From Gonapodya sp. JEL0774 (Eukaryota): a stretch of 64,000 bases of DNA. A program made the position numbers and the translations under genes. Under the pieces are notes generated by a model, which had not been told where the DNA came from, did not search any database, and saw nothing but the letters and a program-made list of their open reading frames with translations. Each line of letters starts with the position of its first letter. Positions within the stretch are counted from its first letter, which is position 1. The stretch lies in assembly GCA_027604505.1 (NCBI GenBank), contig JADIIX010000114.1:1-64000 (forward strand). Reading direction: 5' to 3'. Positions 1 to 12,553 of this stretch are shown here, one piece after another.

Positions 1-655
<655 letters not shown>

Positions 656-908
656 GGCGATTTGAGATGTCGAGTTTTACGAACGATTCGAGAGTAAATT
701 CGATGAGAAATTGGCAATGTGCGGGCACAGGTTTATATAAGATTCGTTTGCTGCCCTTGCGTGCCTTACCCGGATCCAAGATATGGATTCACCTGTGCCA
801 CACTTTGGTTCCTCATAAGCACTGCACCCGCAGTCTCAACCAACTTGAAACTCCAAGTCAAATTCAACTTCGAACTCGCTTTATTTCGAATCGAAACTCG
901 TGCAAAAC
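656..908. promoter_or_regulatory. Bidirectional H2A/H2B promoter region
   Basis: 253 bp between divergent histone ATGs; TATA-like TTTATATAA at 732-740. Confidence 0.7.
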
Positions 909-1707
<799 letters not shown>

Positions 1708-1782
1708 GCGGCTTCCTCTTCTTGAGATTGATTAAGGATTGATACAGTCGGGTAGAGAAACCAGTCTTCTGGTTGTAGATAT

Positions 1783-1804
1783 AACGGAATTTTTAAATTC
1801 CACC
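1783..1804 (+). promoter_or_regulatory. Histone mRNA 3' stem-loop-like element
   Basis: AAC GGAATT TTTA AATTCC ACC: 6-bp stem starting GG, 4-nt U-rich loop, ACC 3' flank, 78 nt after the H2A stop. Confidence 0.75.
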
Positions 1805-2111
1805 TCCTTTGTAAATGCAACACGATTTTAAGTGCCTTCATTTTCCTCTGTTTCCTCTGTGCTCTGCTTTAAAGGACTTCCGAACGGTTCATCTTACTCT
1901 TATTTGATCAAATCAGAGAAGAGAAGGAAGCATTTACAGAGGACTGGGATGACTTTCGTGAGTTTCAAGAAACGAACAATTGCATTGCAAGAGATACAAC
2001 TCCAAAATAAATCAACAATGTGGAAACAAGTCTTTTAGCCGAAATCGGGATGAGTATGTGATGTGTAACTGCGTGATCCTCTCCTCCTACTTTTCCGCCC
2101 GCCCAGGTGGC

Positions 2112-5100
2112 TCACGTCAGACTCTCACCCATTCTTCGAAGTGTGGTGTAGTAGTTCCCTCCCGCACCTAGCACGGAAGACAAGTCATGTTCTCTAGCTC
2201 GATAAAGGCATCTGCTGATAGATCCCAGTGAAAACTCACCCCAACAGTGTGTCATCCTCCTGAGCATCTCCAAGTGCACTGCCAGTCCCTCCTCCGTTCT
2301 CTGAATCGCCGCACTCAACAGCTCCTGGGGTGAGTTGGCGACAAAGTCTGGTCCGACGACATGCCGTAAGAAGGGTGCATTTGGGCTCGCGTTCTTGAGT
2401 TCGTGGCGGCAGAGAGCGTAGACAGAGCCACACTGGATTAGGTGTGGTGTGGTTGAAATGGGAGTTCCAGTGTGAGAGGAGAACACGATTCGTTTGGAGT
2501 CCCAAAGGGCAACATTATCGTAAGTGAACGAGTTCGCACAATCAAACCACCTTCATAGTGATGTGGAACAAACCTGGAAAACCGGATGGAACCCGAATGT
2601 GTTTACACGGGATGCGTCCGGGTTCTGCAGAAGCAATCGCGTGACCAGAATCGTGCTCTCGAGAGCGGTGCTGTAGCAGATCTCCTGCGACCGCGGAGTG
2701 GGCCATACGAGGGAAGGACCCTCGGGTGTCACGGTGGCGGAAGGCCGGTGAAGCATTACTCGCGCTAGGCAATGCTGTGCGACGGTGTTCAAGGTCTCAG
2801 TTGCGGCTCTTCGACACAGCGAGTACAACTATTTTACAGAATGAAACATACCATCAACTTCAAAAAGTGCGCAGCATGGAAGATGATATCCTCTGGCTTC
2901 GGGACCCCTTCATCCGTCTGTGAAGGCACTGGCAAGAACGAAGTGACAGACGCTCGCACAAACGCTGGCAGTGAAGCATCCCACTTCGCAAGTGCAAGCT
3001 CAAGCGACTCAAGCGTATCGTTGCTGCGGACGAGACCAGCTGCTGACTTGGCGTACATTCGCACACGGTACAGAATACGGTACATGGCACAACGCTCGGG
3101 GAAACCATATGAAGGGAATCTCTGCTGCAACTGCCGGGCATTTTGTGCACTCGAGGGTGGGACAGGCTCGCAGAGGCCATCCGCAATGAGTTGATGGACA
3201 ACACGCTCCGCAGGACTTCCGGGGATGGGATGGCCATAGTCATCCACTGAAAGAATAGGGAACGATCCCTTAGTTCAGCGAATAATACAACAGCAGATGA
3301 GCACGGAAAATTTTACGCACGGCCGTTCCAAAGGTCGTCGCTGGCGAGGGGCAGGTTGTCAAACACATCCAGTGATGGTTGAGGGTGCAAAGCGTTCTAA
3401 TAACGTAATGTCCGTCAACTTGTGACTTTGCCCAGTTCTCGCAGCCTTCCCGGCACTCACATCATAGTTGAAGGAGTAGTCTACTGCACCGATATAGAGG
3501 AACCACGAAATCCTTGTCCTGAATTCGTATTCGAGTGGGTTGAGCAGGCGTGGCAGTGATTCGGGGGGCATACTTTTGCTCGAAGGAGGCGGATGGTTCA
3601 GTCCCATTTCGAGAGATTTGTAAAGAGCGAGTACGCTCCAGGCATGGCCCCAGGCACTCTTGCCCTGGTCGCCGGCGTAAGCGCTAATGATCGCAGTTGA
3701 CTCAAAAAATGGGCATCTGAGTCGTCACACATATAACATCAATCTGGTACTTACCCCATCAAGAACAAGGCCCGTACAGTTGTAAGCGAAAGCTCGTCCA
3801 CTGATGCTAGAACTCTCTTCGCTCTAGCGAGGAAAATTTCGGCCTGACGCCTTTGCCTCATGTAGCGAAAACCATAGGCGACGGTGATGTTGAGAAGGAG
3901 AGGATTCTTGATAGCATTGGGACCCAAGAGCAAAGCGGCAGGCATCTGTGATCCCCAACAAGATCATCAACTGATCCAAATAAAGTAAACTGTGCGAAAA
4001 AACAAACTTACACCCCCTGAACACCAACAGGACGCTGTCCCGAGGTACTTTTCAAACAGAAACCGTGTCTCTTCATCCGACAAGAGCGGCGGGTTGAGCC
4101 TCGTCATTATGCTCATTGTGGGCGGGAGAGGGTCGACACGCAAGGAGACATAACGATCCTCATCCGCCATAAAGCCATCTTCCTCTGGCCACGAAAATTG
4201 ACTTGGTCGCAGGCCGTAAGAGGTTGCCTCAAAGACCCCAGTTCCATCAACCGCCACGTCCACGCAACCGTTCACCTTCGAAACATCCCCGTTTGTGCTC
4301 TTAATTTCCGCATCCGGTAATTGAGGTGAAGTCTCGACGACGGGAGAGGGCATCTCCCCTGGTGGCGAGCCTTGGCTGGAAAGTGCGACCGATTGCAACT
4401 CCTGGACCAAAAGTTCCACCTCGTCCACGCAGCTCTGCAGTTCTTCGCGAGATTTCTGAGTCAAATATTTCGTATTGTCACGGAGGGAGAGCATTTGGGA
4501 AAGTGAGCGCGGGGTTCCAGTGGGTACATCCGCATTTCCGAAAGACCCGATGCTACTCGACCCTGGTGAACGGGCCGCAATTGAATTGGAGATCGGAGGG
4601 CTGCCACCCTTCTCAGACGGTAGACTTCGTCCGAGACTAGCCTGCGGCTGTCCCTGTGGGGTGGGAATTGGAACACTCGGACTGGGCAGAGGGACGAGAT
4701 CTACAGCGAGCAAATGGGTGTCGAGCATATGAAACTCGGATGGGCCCATCGACACCGGGTCCATGTGTGCGGTGGGATTGACGAAGGGTTCGAAGAGTTG
4801 GACGTCGTCCATGTTTGAATGAGACGTCGTGAACATGTCGAGGTCGGTGGTGGACGTTGGCGTGGTAAGGTTGTAGGGGGACATCATCCAGTCAACACGG
4901 TCTGCCCACGTAAGATCTCGTTAAAACAGTCTTCGAGTCGATTCGATCGCATTGTTTCCCCTCCACCTCACCATCCGCTAGCTTCCTCTTCTTTGACGTG
5001 AACGCCTCCGCTGGTGAAGCCAGATACGAATCTAATCCCCGACGTGACGGTTCCGGAAGCATTGGCAGCTCCATGTAATGTCGCGCGTTCTCCTCCGTGA

Positions 5101-5836
5101 TCTGCTCTTTCCAAGCAGTCAAGTCCAGATCCAACAGTTTCTCTGTGTCCGCCTCCAGAGGATTTGGCGGCGAGCCGTAGCCAATGGATTTATTGTGTTC
5201 GGACGGACTTGGTGTAATCGTGTCAGGCTTTCCATGGAGGTTTTGGACAATTGAGGAGGTGACCGCGAGAAGGGAGGTCAACTGTTGGGTCGGAGGAGGA
5301 GTCGGCCCAGTAGCGGAGGCAGTTGGGTTGCCATTTTCAAGTATTTTCCCAATTCGAGTCATTCTGAGAAGCGATGGGTGTAATCGTATTGCGATTGGGA
5401 TGAAGTGCAAAACCTTCCATGATGGAGTACTCACTGGGTCACCAGGTCAGAAAGCAGCTCCGCTGATACGCCATTGCTTACAGAGCTCGTACTGGGGGGT
5501 CGAACATATGTGCATTTGCGGTTAGGACCACAAGTCGCGCAAGGTTGCAAACCATCACATCTTCGCTTCAAAGAGTGGCATCTGCGTGATTCGAACGAAA
5601 GCGCTTCGTTGGAGAGAATCGTCCCGATAAGCAACGGTATCACGCAAAACCAACCTGTCGCAGGCTTTTTGTATCTTTTTCTGGCCTGATTGGGGGTATG
5701 ATGGGCCTCGGTTGATAATATTGTTGAAGAGCCAGCGCAGGGCGATCCGCTCACCATCTGTGATTGCGCTCTTCTCCTTTTTCTTGGAGACCTTCTTCTC
5801 TGCAACTTCGACCCCCGTCGTCGTTGCAGAGTTCAT
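2112..5836 (-). CDS. Zn(II)2Cys6 fungal transcription factor with C-terminal fungal-TF middle domain, multi-exon
   Basis: Spliced KACDR|CHSLKRRCDGLQPCATCGPNRKCTY binuclear cluster; later exons LLGPNAIKNPLLLNITVAYG, EYEFRTRISWFLYI, LELALAKWDASLP; start codon approximate. Confidence 0.88.
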
Positions 5837-6438
5837 CTTTCCCACAAGTGTGGGGAATGTGAATCAGACCGGCATCAGACCCTAACCGTGCTGTGCCACT
5901 CCTGGCGGGGACAAACCGGACGTTGAAGAGTGGACGGGGGTAAAAAGAGAAAGGATCAACAATAGGCGGCATCTAGTATTTTCTTACGCTCTCGTTTGAT
6001 CTCTCTGCATGTGATACAAGTTTTTTCAACAGCAGCATAACTACCCGGCACATGCGGACTGCCCACTCTTCCCACCCCTATTATTCAGTCACTCTCCTGT
6101 GTTGTTGTTTGGGCTAGCAGTCCTCGCTGAGGTTTATGGAATTTGTGTGGGTAACAAGTGTGGGCAGAAGTGGTGGTGCTTGTGATCTTTGCGCAGGTCT
6201 ATGCTGCATTGCGGGGCATATAATACTTGCTGATTTTTCCCCTCGAGACGTTGAACCACCGTGTGCGGGTTGTTTTGGTTTTGAAACACAGCGTGTGATG
6301 AAAACGTAAGCAGGGCCACAGCAGATCAATTGCCCGACACAAACTTCGTTCCCAGACTCAACTCGTTTCGCAATGGAACATAAATCGACTGATACGTCGT
6401 CTGAATATTGTGAGGCTTGTGGTACGAATCATTCAGCG

Positions 6439-7802
6439 ATGGAGCACAGCTCTGCAGACTCGAACGTGGAGACTGAGAACGTCGCTGGGGAAGGTGAGTC
6501 GGTCGCCTATTGCAGCGAGTCGTTCAACGCAAGACACTTTGCTCTATACTGATGGGGTTGTTTTTGGTGGGGCTTTGTGGAACACTCAGGATCTGTAAGC
6601 TTCACAATCTCCTACTCTGGACATCAGTTCCTTCTTACTCTCCCATCCCACGAACCCCTCAGTACATTGATGAGGGGTATCGAAGAAGCAACGAATATTC
6701 TACAAATGGGGCAACGCCTTCTTTTGAAAGGAAAATCTGTTTTGGCGAAACGTGACGTGGACTCCACCACTCTTGCAGATGTCGGCATCGTAGGAGGAAC
6801 CAAGTTGCTCCTTGTAGGCACGTAAGTGTAAAATCCTCTGCTGACGCTTTGCTTTCACATGGTTTTTGGTCAACCGTCCTTGTTAGTCCTGCGAAAGCCA
6901 TTTCATCGTTGCAAGAGTCCGAAGCAAAACTCAAACGAATGCTGGCAACGCGCGCTCAATTATCCCGAGCACCTGGTGCTCGAGCGTATGCCTCTACACA
7001 GTCCTCCGCGACACTCGCCTCCCTCGCCAGTTCCCAATACGGCTTTTTGCGAATCGATGTTCTTCCTCAATATTCAAACCAGGACGGAGCTCGAGACCTT
7101 CTGAATAGACTTCGACAGGATCCCGCTATTGTGCATGTGATGAAGGACCATCAATGGACTGTGGGCTCTTTGATTGAGCTTTCTCCAGCTGAACGTTCAA
7201 TTCTCGTGAGTCCACCTCGCCCGACCTTCTCTTCAACCCCTTCCCTCTGAACAAATTCTACCTCACAACGAAAAATCCCTACCTCAACTAGGGATACAAC
7301 CAAAATAAAGGTCAAACAATCGCCCTTCGCCTTCGAACAAACGACCTAGACGGGTTTCGGTATTACGACTCGGTCCGCAAGGTGCTCTTACACGAACTTT
7401 CACACATGGTATGGAGTGAACACGACGAACGGTTCCACTCTTTAAACCGGCAACTCAACAAGGAGGTTGCGGAGTATGAACGAAGAGAAGGGCGTGGGAA
7501 GACATTAGGGACCCAGGTCACACCGCATTATGACGTTGAGGAGGAAGAGGGAATGGATCATGGTGGCTTTCAGGGTGGCTCCTTTGGTAAGTTATTCTGG
7601 ATAGGATTGCCCGAAAACCCCGTTACTCACCCCTGTTTCTGTTGGACCAGTCCTTGGCGGTTCTTCATTGTCTCCTCTTGACTCCGATACGCGAGAAGCG
7701 ATGAGAGAACGGGCTGCACAGAGTGCATTGCTGCGTGCCACAGCCCGTGAACGCGATAGCAAGAAGGACGAGGCACAGGAACGGGAAGCGGGAGCCCAAT
7801 GA
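6439..7802 (+). CDS. UBL-WLM (Wss1-family) metalloprotease
   Basis: N-terminal ubiquitin-like exon (QRLLLKGK..TLADVGIVGGTKLLLVG); WLM motifs VMKDHQWTVGSLIEL, LGYNQNKGQTIALRLRT, VLLHELSHMVWSEHDERF (HExxH); stop TGA 7800-7802. Confidence 0.9.
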
Positions 7803-7972
7803 ATCAGTTTTCTTATATAGTATTGTTACAGTTTTGATTAGACTATCAAATGCAGAGCTTCGTTTTGTGCAAGTAAATTGTCCGCCCCGCCCATTACGGA
7901 GGTGAGCTTTCAGTCCCGACACCCACGCATTTTCAGTCATTTTCCGACAATCCACGAATTGCAAAGGCGGTG

Positions 7973-10900
7973 ATGCTCCTCCACTCTTCCAAATCCCAGC
8001 ATTTGCTGGTCACAAGGACTCAGTCGTCCGTTTCGCTGTCAACCACAGGATGTTACTTTGCTCCTAAAGAGATTGGCACCGGTCGACCTCGATTTCGGCA
8101 CACCCTACACACTTCTCTACATGATCGCTGCTCAGTGGCTGCTGTCAATTCGTGGAATGATGGCATGAGGCAGAACTTATTGAACCAATCCACACGAGCA
8201 CCAACCACGACTGCTACACGACGACGACACCTTGCGATTCAATCGGAGAAGGCGCAGATCCGTCTGTTCTCTAATACATCGGACTCGGGATCGTTTGAGG
8301 GCCGTGATGGCCGCTCTTCTTCCTTGATGCTCAATCAGCTCTACGTACCTCCCCCAGTATCCGACTTGACCGACCCTTCCCAGTCGTTTGACCTTCTCCC
8401 TTACGACTACCTTGATCGTGCCGCGATAGATAAGCTTGTCCTCCTCGCACATGCCTACCTCTCCCTCCCGCATCCCTTGAACGTTAAACACGTTATCCTT
8501 GCTCATCCTCATCCCGGGGGTGTTTACCTCCTGGAGGACATGGCCAAGGCTCTGGCTCAGAGAATGGGTGCTGGATTTTTGTCCCTTGACTATGCTGATC
8601 TGTTGGATATTGCTCAGGAGGGTTCACCGCCGGACCAATCGAGCACTGGTGGAGTCAGAACGGAGTCGGGATCGCACCGTTCTGCACGAGCTGTGAAGCA
8701 ACATCGTGAAGATGGTGAGCTTGTTCTGAAAGCGTTTCCCGAAGTATGGGGTGCAATTCAACATCCTTGGGCCTTTCCAGAAGAGGCTTCACATTACCAT
8801 TTCACTCCCCCTTTCCTGGTGTCTTCCCTGCTGCCGGCAAGTCGAACAATCCATGACGCATCCGGCTCCCATTCCGCCTCTTCGGTGGATGATGCGCACG
8901 GTGATCCAGCAAATTCACAGGCCGTGAGCGGTCGCTCAGACGGCGAGGAAGATGAGTTCGATGGTGAAAATGATGAAGTGGAGGGAGAAGATGAGGATGG
9001 AGATGGAAATGATCGGTATCCTCCGAATGGAGGGTCGCAAAGTAGGATGGATGGAAACGGCATGGGTCCAAGCGCTTTCACATTTCCGTCGGGAGCCACA
9101 ATTGGTCCTATCACCATGCACAACTACTTTGTAGATACGGGAACCCGGAGATCTGGGCGACGAAAGTCTTCGGGTGGTTGGTTGGATATCTTACAAGCGG
9201 CGCGTGGACAGTCCGGATCCCAAGGGCCGTTCCTCCCGGCAACGTTCGGTCAGTTCCACGTTGCAAATGATGTCCCATCTCAATTCTCTGCGGGAGAACC
9301 ACGAATTGCAAACAACTTGTATAGCACCCCAATACCTGCACAAAGCCCTTCATTCCTTCGCTCAAGTCTTGTTTCATTTATTGAGTCTCTTCCCTCAGCA
9401 ATACCTTTAATCTTGCACCTTCGTGACATGAGTGACCTCGTCTCCCCTCAGGGGCTCGAGACAGCATCGCAATCAGGCTGGGATGACCAACCACCCGGTG
9501 GGCGACTCCTCGCAGCTCTCTTGCTCGCCCTTGGCGATGCACGCAGCCGGGGGCGCCGCGTTCTCCTGGTGGGTGGGAGTGCGGCACCCGTAACTGACCA
9601 GCGTCAACCCACTAGTGATGAGAGCGATGCTTACGCCTCCAGTATTGCCGCTCTCAACACGGCGGAAGCATGGCGCCGCTTGCTGCGGGGGGAGCACAGG
9701 CGATTCTCCGACCCGACAGCGCCGTACGCCACACCCTTCGATGATCCGTCCCTCTCCCACACCCTTACCAAAGTTTGTGTGGCCCCACCTGCGCCACCCA
9801 TCTCGTCCAAAACTGCCCCTCTCGAGAGGCAAAGCGGCATCGTCAAGCCGAGTCTCACTTTGGACCTGTCAGAGCACGCCCGTTTCGAGTCATGGCTCCA
9901 GACCAGTGAAGACGCATGGTCTAAGAGAATCGGCGAGGTGAACTCTGGGAGCATTGTACGATGGTGCGCAAAAGCCCTAGGACGTGATGTGGAGGGGAAT
10001 TCCATGCGTTCTAGAAGAGTCCTTGAAGATGCGATGGAAGATGATGCATTTAAGGCCGAACTGGAGATGGAAGTGTGGGATGTTAACCGAGTTGAGGCGA
10101 TGGGCGAAGCGGCGATAGGTGCAGCGATGGAAAGGTCTGGGCTCGACGCGAACGGACTATTAGGATTGACCAAGGACGACTTTGTTCGGGCGTTTCATAC
10201 TCTAATGAAATCACAGCCTGGACATAGAGAGAAGGAGGAGCGAGAGCGAATTGCACACCTGGAGAGGCAGCGAGTGTTGTCTGAGCAAAAACTTGATAGG
10301 GAGATTGCTATGGAGCAGGAACGATTGCGGAATCGTCGTTCGGATGTAGGCGAATCTTCTGGGAGGACTGATTCGGTGAACGAAGCCCGCGATGACCACG
10401 GTCGTCCTGGTAGAGGCGATGGGGGAATGTCCGTCGTGGCTGACACAGTGGACCGTGGAGAAGACACAGATGGCGCGCGGGAGCACTCTCAGCCTCAGCG
10501 TGGTCACCAAGCGCATCATTCTGTGGATCCAACAGCGACATCGCAGGTTGCTTCGGCACCTGGCCCTTTGGGAAGCAGCTCGACACACCAGAAATCTACA
10601 TCGTCCTTGCTATCATCGAGAGGTTACAAGCTAAATCAATACGAGAAAAAGTTGCTTCCGTGTGTGATAGAGCCTCGAGCCATGACCACCTCCTTTAAGG
10701 ATCTCGTTTTGCCTCCCACCACAAAGCTGGCGTTACAGGACGTGACCACTCTCCCATTGCTTCGTCCAGACTTGTTCAGTCACGGGATTCTCCGGAAAGC
10801 CAACTTCTCGGGTGTACTGTTGTTTGGACCGCCTGGGACTGGCAAGACGATGTTAGCAAAGTGCGTTGCACAAGCTGGATCGGCGAGGTTTATGAACGTG

Positions 10901-11755
10901 GCACTCTCGGATGTTTTTGACAAGTATGTCGGAGAAGGTGAAAAGAATGTCAAGGCCCTATTTACACTTGCGCGGAAGTTGGCACCGTGCGTTGTGTTTT
11001 TGGACGAGGTGGACGCGTTGTTTGGACGCCGGCGCGGGGATGGATTCGCAAGCCGGAGAGAAGTCATCAACGAGTTTATGGGAGAGTGGGAGGGTCTGCA
11101 GAGCCACGAGAACAAGGGAATTGTTGTGATGGCGGCAACGAACAGACCCTTCGACTTGGACGAGGCAGTTCTGAGACGCATGCCCCGACGAATCTTGGTG
11201 GACTTGCCGACTGAAGTTGCGCGAGCCAAAATTCTGGGCACCCACTTGGGCGACGAGATTTTGGACGCGAGCGTGTCGCTCGATGACATCGCCCGTCGCA
11301 CTCCGTTGTATTCTGGGTCTGATCTCCGGAATATGTGCATTGCTGCTGCACTAGCCAGTGTCAAGGAAAATGTAGTTCGAGGGCGGATGGGGCTGCCCAT
11401 GCTAGTAGACAAGGTGGACATTGGAGCTGACCTGCGTGAGGAAGTGCTCAAATCAATTGGGAACATTGAGGACTGGGCAGGATATGTTGCGGAGGCAGAT
11501 GGGGCCCACGGTACGGCTGCGACCCTCGACAATGAGGTTGGTGGGCCTGACAGGGTGCTCACAAAGGAGCACTTTGAAATCGCATTGAAAGAAATACCTG
11601 CTTCAATAACAGACGAGACCGATATGCTCGTAGAATTGAGGAAGTGGGACAAACAGTTTGGCAGTGGCAGTGCCGTTCGGGAAAAGGGAAAGAGGGTGTG
11701 GGGTTTCGTGGACACAAAAGACGAGCTTGGGGTGGACATAACCATCAGAAAGTGA
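7973..11755 (+). CDS. Large AAA+ ATPase, Msp1/ATAD1-like C-terminal module, possibly mitochondrial; single exon
   Basis: Walker A GPPGTGKT, Walker B VVFLDEVD, SRH AATNRPFDLDEAVLRRMPRR; S/T/R-rich N terminus resembling a presequence. Confidence 0.9.
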   Translation: MLLHSSKSQHLLVTRTQSSVSLSTTGCYFAPKEIGTGRPRFRHTLHTSLHDRCSVAAVNSWNDGMRQNLLNQSTRAPTTTATRRRHLAIQSEKAQIRLFSNTSDSGSFEGRDGRSSSLMLNQLYVPPPVSDLTDPSQSFDLLPYDYLDRAAIDKLVLLAHAYLSLPHPLNVKHVILAHPHPGGVYLLEDMAKALAQRMGAGFLSLDYADLLDIAQEGSPPDQSSTGGVRTESGSHRSARAVKQHREDGELVLKAFPEVWGAIQHPWAFPEEASHYHFTPPFLVSSLLPASRTIHDASGSHSASSVDDAHGDPANSQAVSGRSDGEEDEFDGENDEVEGEDEDGDGNDRYPPNGGSQSRMDGNGMGPSAFTFPSGATIGPITMHNYFVDTGTRRSGRRKSSGGWLDILQAARGQSGSQGPFLPATFGQFHVANDVPSQFSAGEPRIANNLYSTPIPAQSPSFLRSSLVSFIESLPSAIPLILHLRDMSDLVSPQGLETASQSGWDDQPPGGRLLAALLLALGDARSRGRRVLLVGGSAAPVTDQRQPTSDESDAYASSIAALNTAEAWRRLLRGEHRRFSDPTAPYATPFDDPSLSHTLTKVCVAPPAPPISSKTAPLERQSGIVKPSLTLDLSEHARFESWLQTSEDAWSKRIGEVNSGSIVRWCAKALGRDVEGNSMRSRRVLEDAMEDDAFKAELEMEVWDVNRVEAMGEAAIGAAMERSGLDANGLLGLTKDDFVRAFHTLMKSQPGHREKEERERIAHLERQRVLSEQKLDREIAMEQERLRNRRSDVGESSGRTDSVNEARDDHGRPGRGDGGMSVVADTVDRGEDTDGAREHSQPQRGHQAHHSVDPTATSQVASAPGPLGSSSTHQKSTSSLLSSRGYKLNQYEKKLLPCVIEPRAMTTSFKDLVLPPTTKLALQDVTTLPLLRPDLFSHGILRKANFSGVLLFGPPGTGKTMLAKCVAQAGSARFMNVALSDVFDKYVGEGEKNVKALFTLARKLAPCVVFLDEVDALFGRRRGDGFASRREVINEFMGEWEGLQSHENKGIVVMAATNRPFDLDEAVLRRMPRRILVDLPTEVARAKILGTHLGDEILDASVSLDDIARRTPLYSGSDLRNMCIAAALASVKENVVRGRMGLPMLVDKVDIGADLREEVLKSIGNIEDWAGYVAEADGAHGTAATLDNEVGGPDRVLTKEHFEIALKEIPASITDETDMLVELRKWDKQFGSGSAVREKGKRVWGFVDTKDELGVDITIRK

Positions 11756-12553
11756 AGTAATGCAATGAACGCAGGTTGATATCAGCATAGAAAATATTAT
11801 AGAAATATTGTTGATTTTGCATGAATTGTTAATGAACTTTCCAGGATGACGACGATCTTCCCCGTCAATTCTCGAGCAGCCAGTGCCGAGGAATATGGAG
11901 AGAGACGCGAAAGGGTTCAACGAGACATTTTCATTGAAGGGGAGTAGAGGAAAGGGAAAGGGGTGCTGTTGGAACGGGGACTCCTGCGTCTCTAATTAGA
12001 CGACAAAATTATTTCATCCACGCGAAAGAAATTAACAAAATTAATTTACACGGTGAGATCCTTTGCATAGAACTGTTTTGTATTGGGCGTAGCTGGAGCC
12101 TGGTCGAAGTTGCGAGAATGATCTGCCCTACTCATCATCCCCACCAGCTTATGCACGTGATGATCACCACGAAAACGCAAGCGAACTTACGATATCGCAA
12201 CAAAACCGGTTGGTCTTAAATCGAACCAAAATACTTTGACAGGCATTCGTATTTCTTAGAGCTTTGCTTCCCCCGTATCGTACGTGAACATTCCACCATT
12301 CCACCTGTCTCAATCATGTCGATCCTCCTCCCGTTCAATTTGGACCCGTTCGGGCAGCCGAGACCTGTCTACGGATTCGTTCCACGAGCGTCTTGGATTC
12401 TGGAGGGTGAAGACGACAACGACTTCGATCCGGAGTGCGACGAGTGGTGAGTTTTGAGTGTGTTCTCGTCCGTGGAACATCTTTGTCCTTCTTCCTCTCA
12501 ACCGTCCACTCTACCACTTCTGAAACTGCCATCACTCTTCCAGCTGGCAAGAA

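Noticed and set aside
10780..11745. Long antisense ORFs (also 18540-19274, 23142-23789 and others)
   Set aside because: Shadow frames opposite well-supported genes
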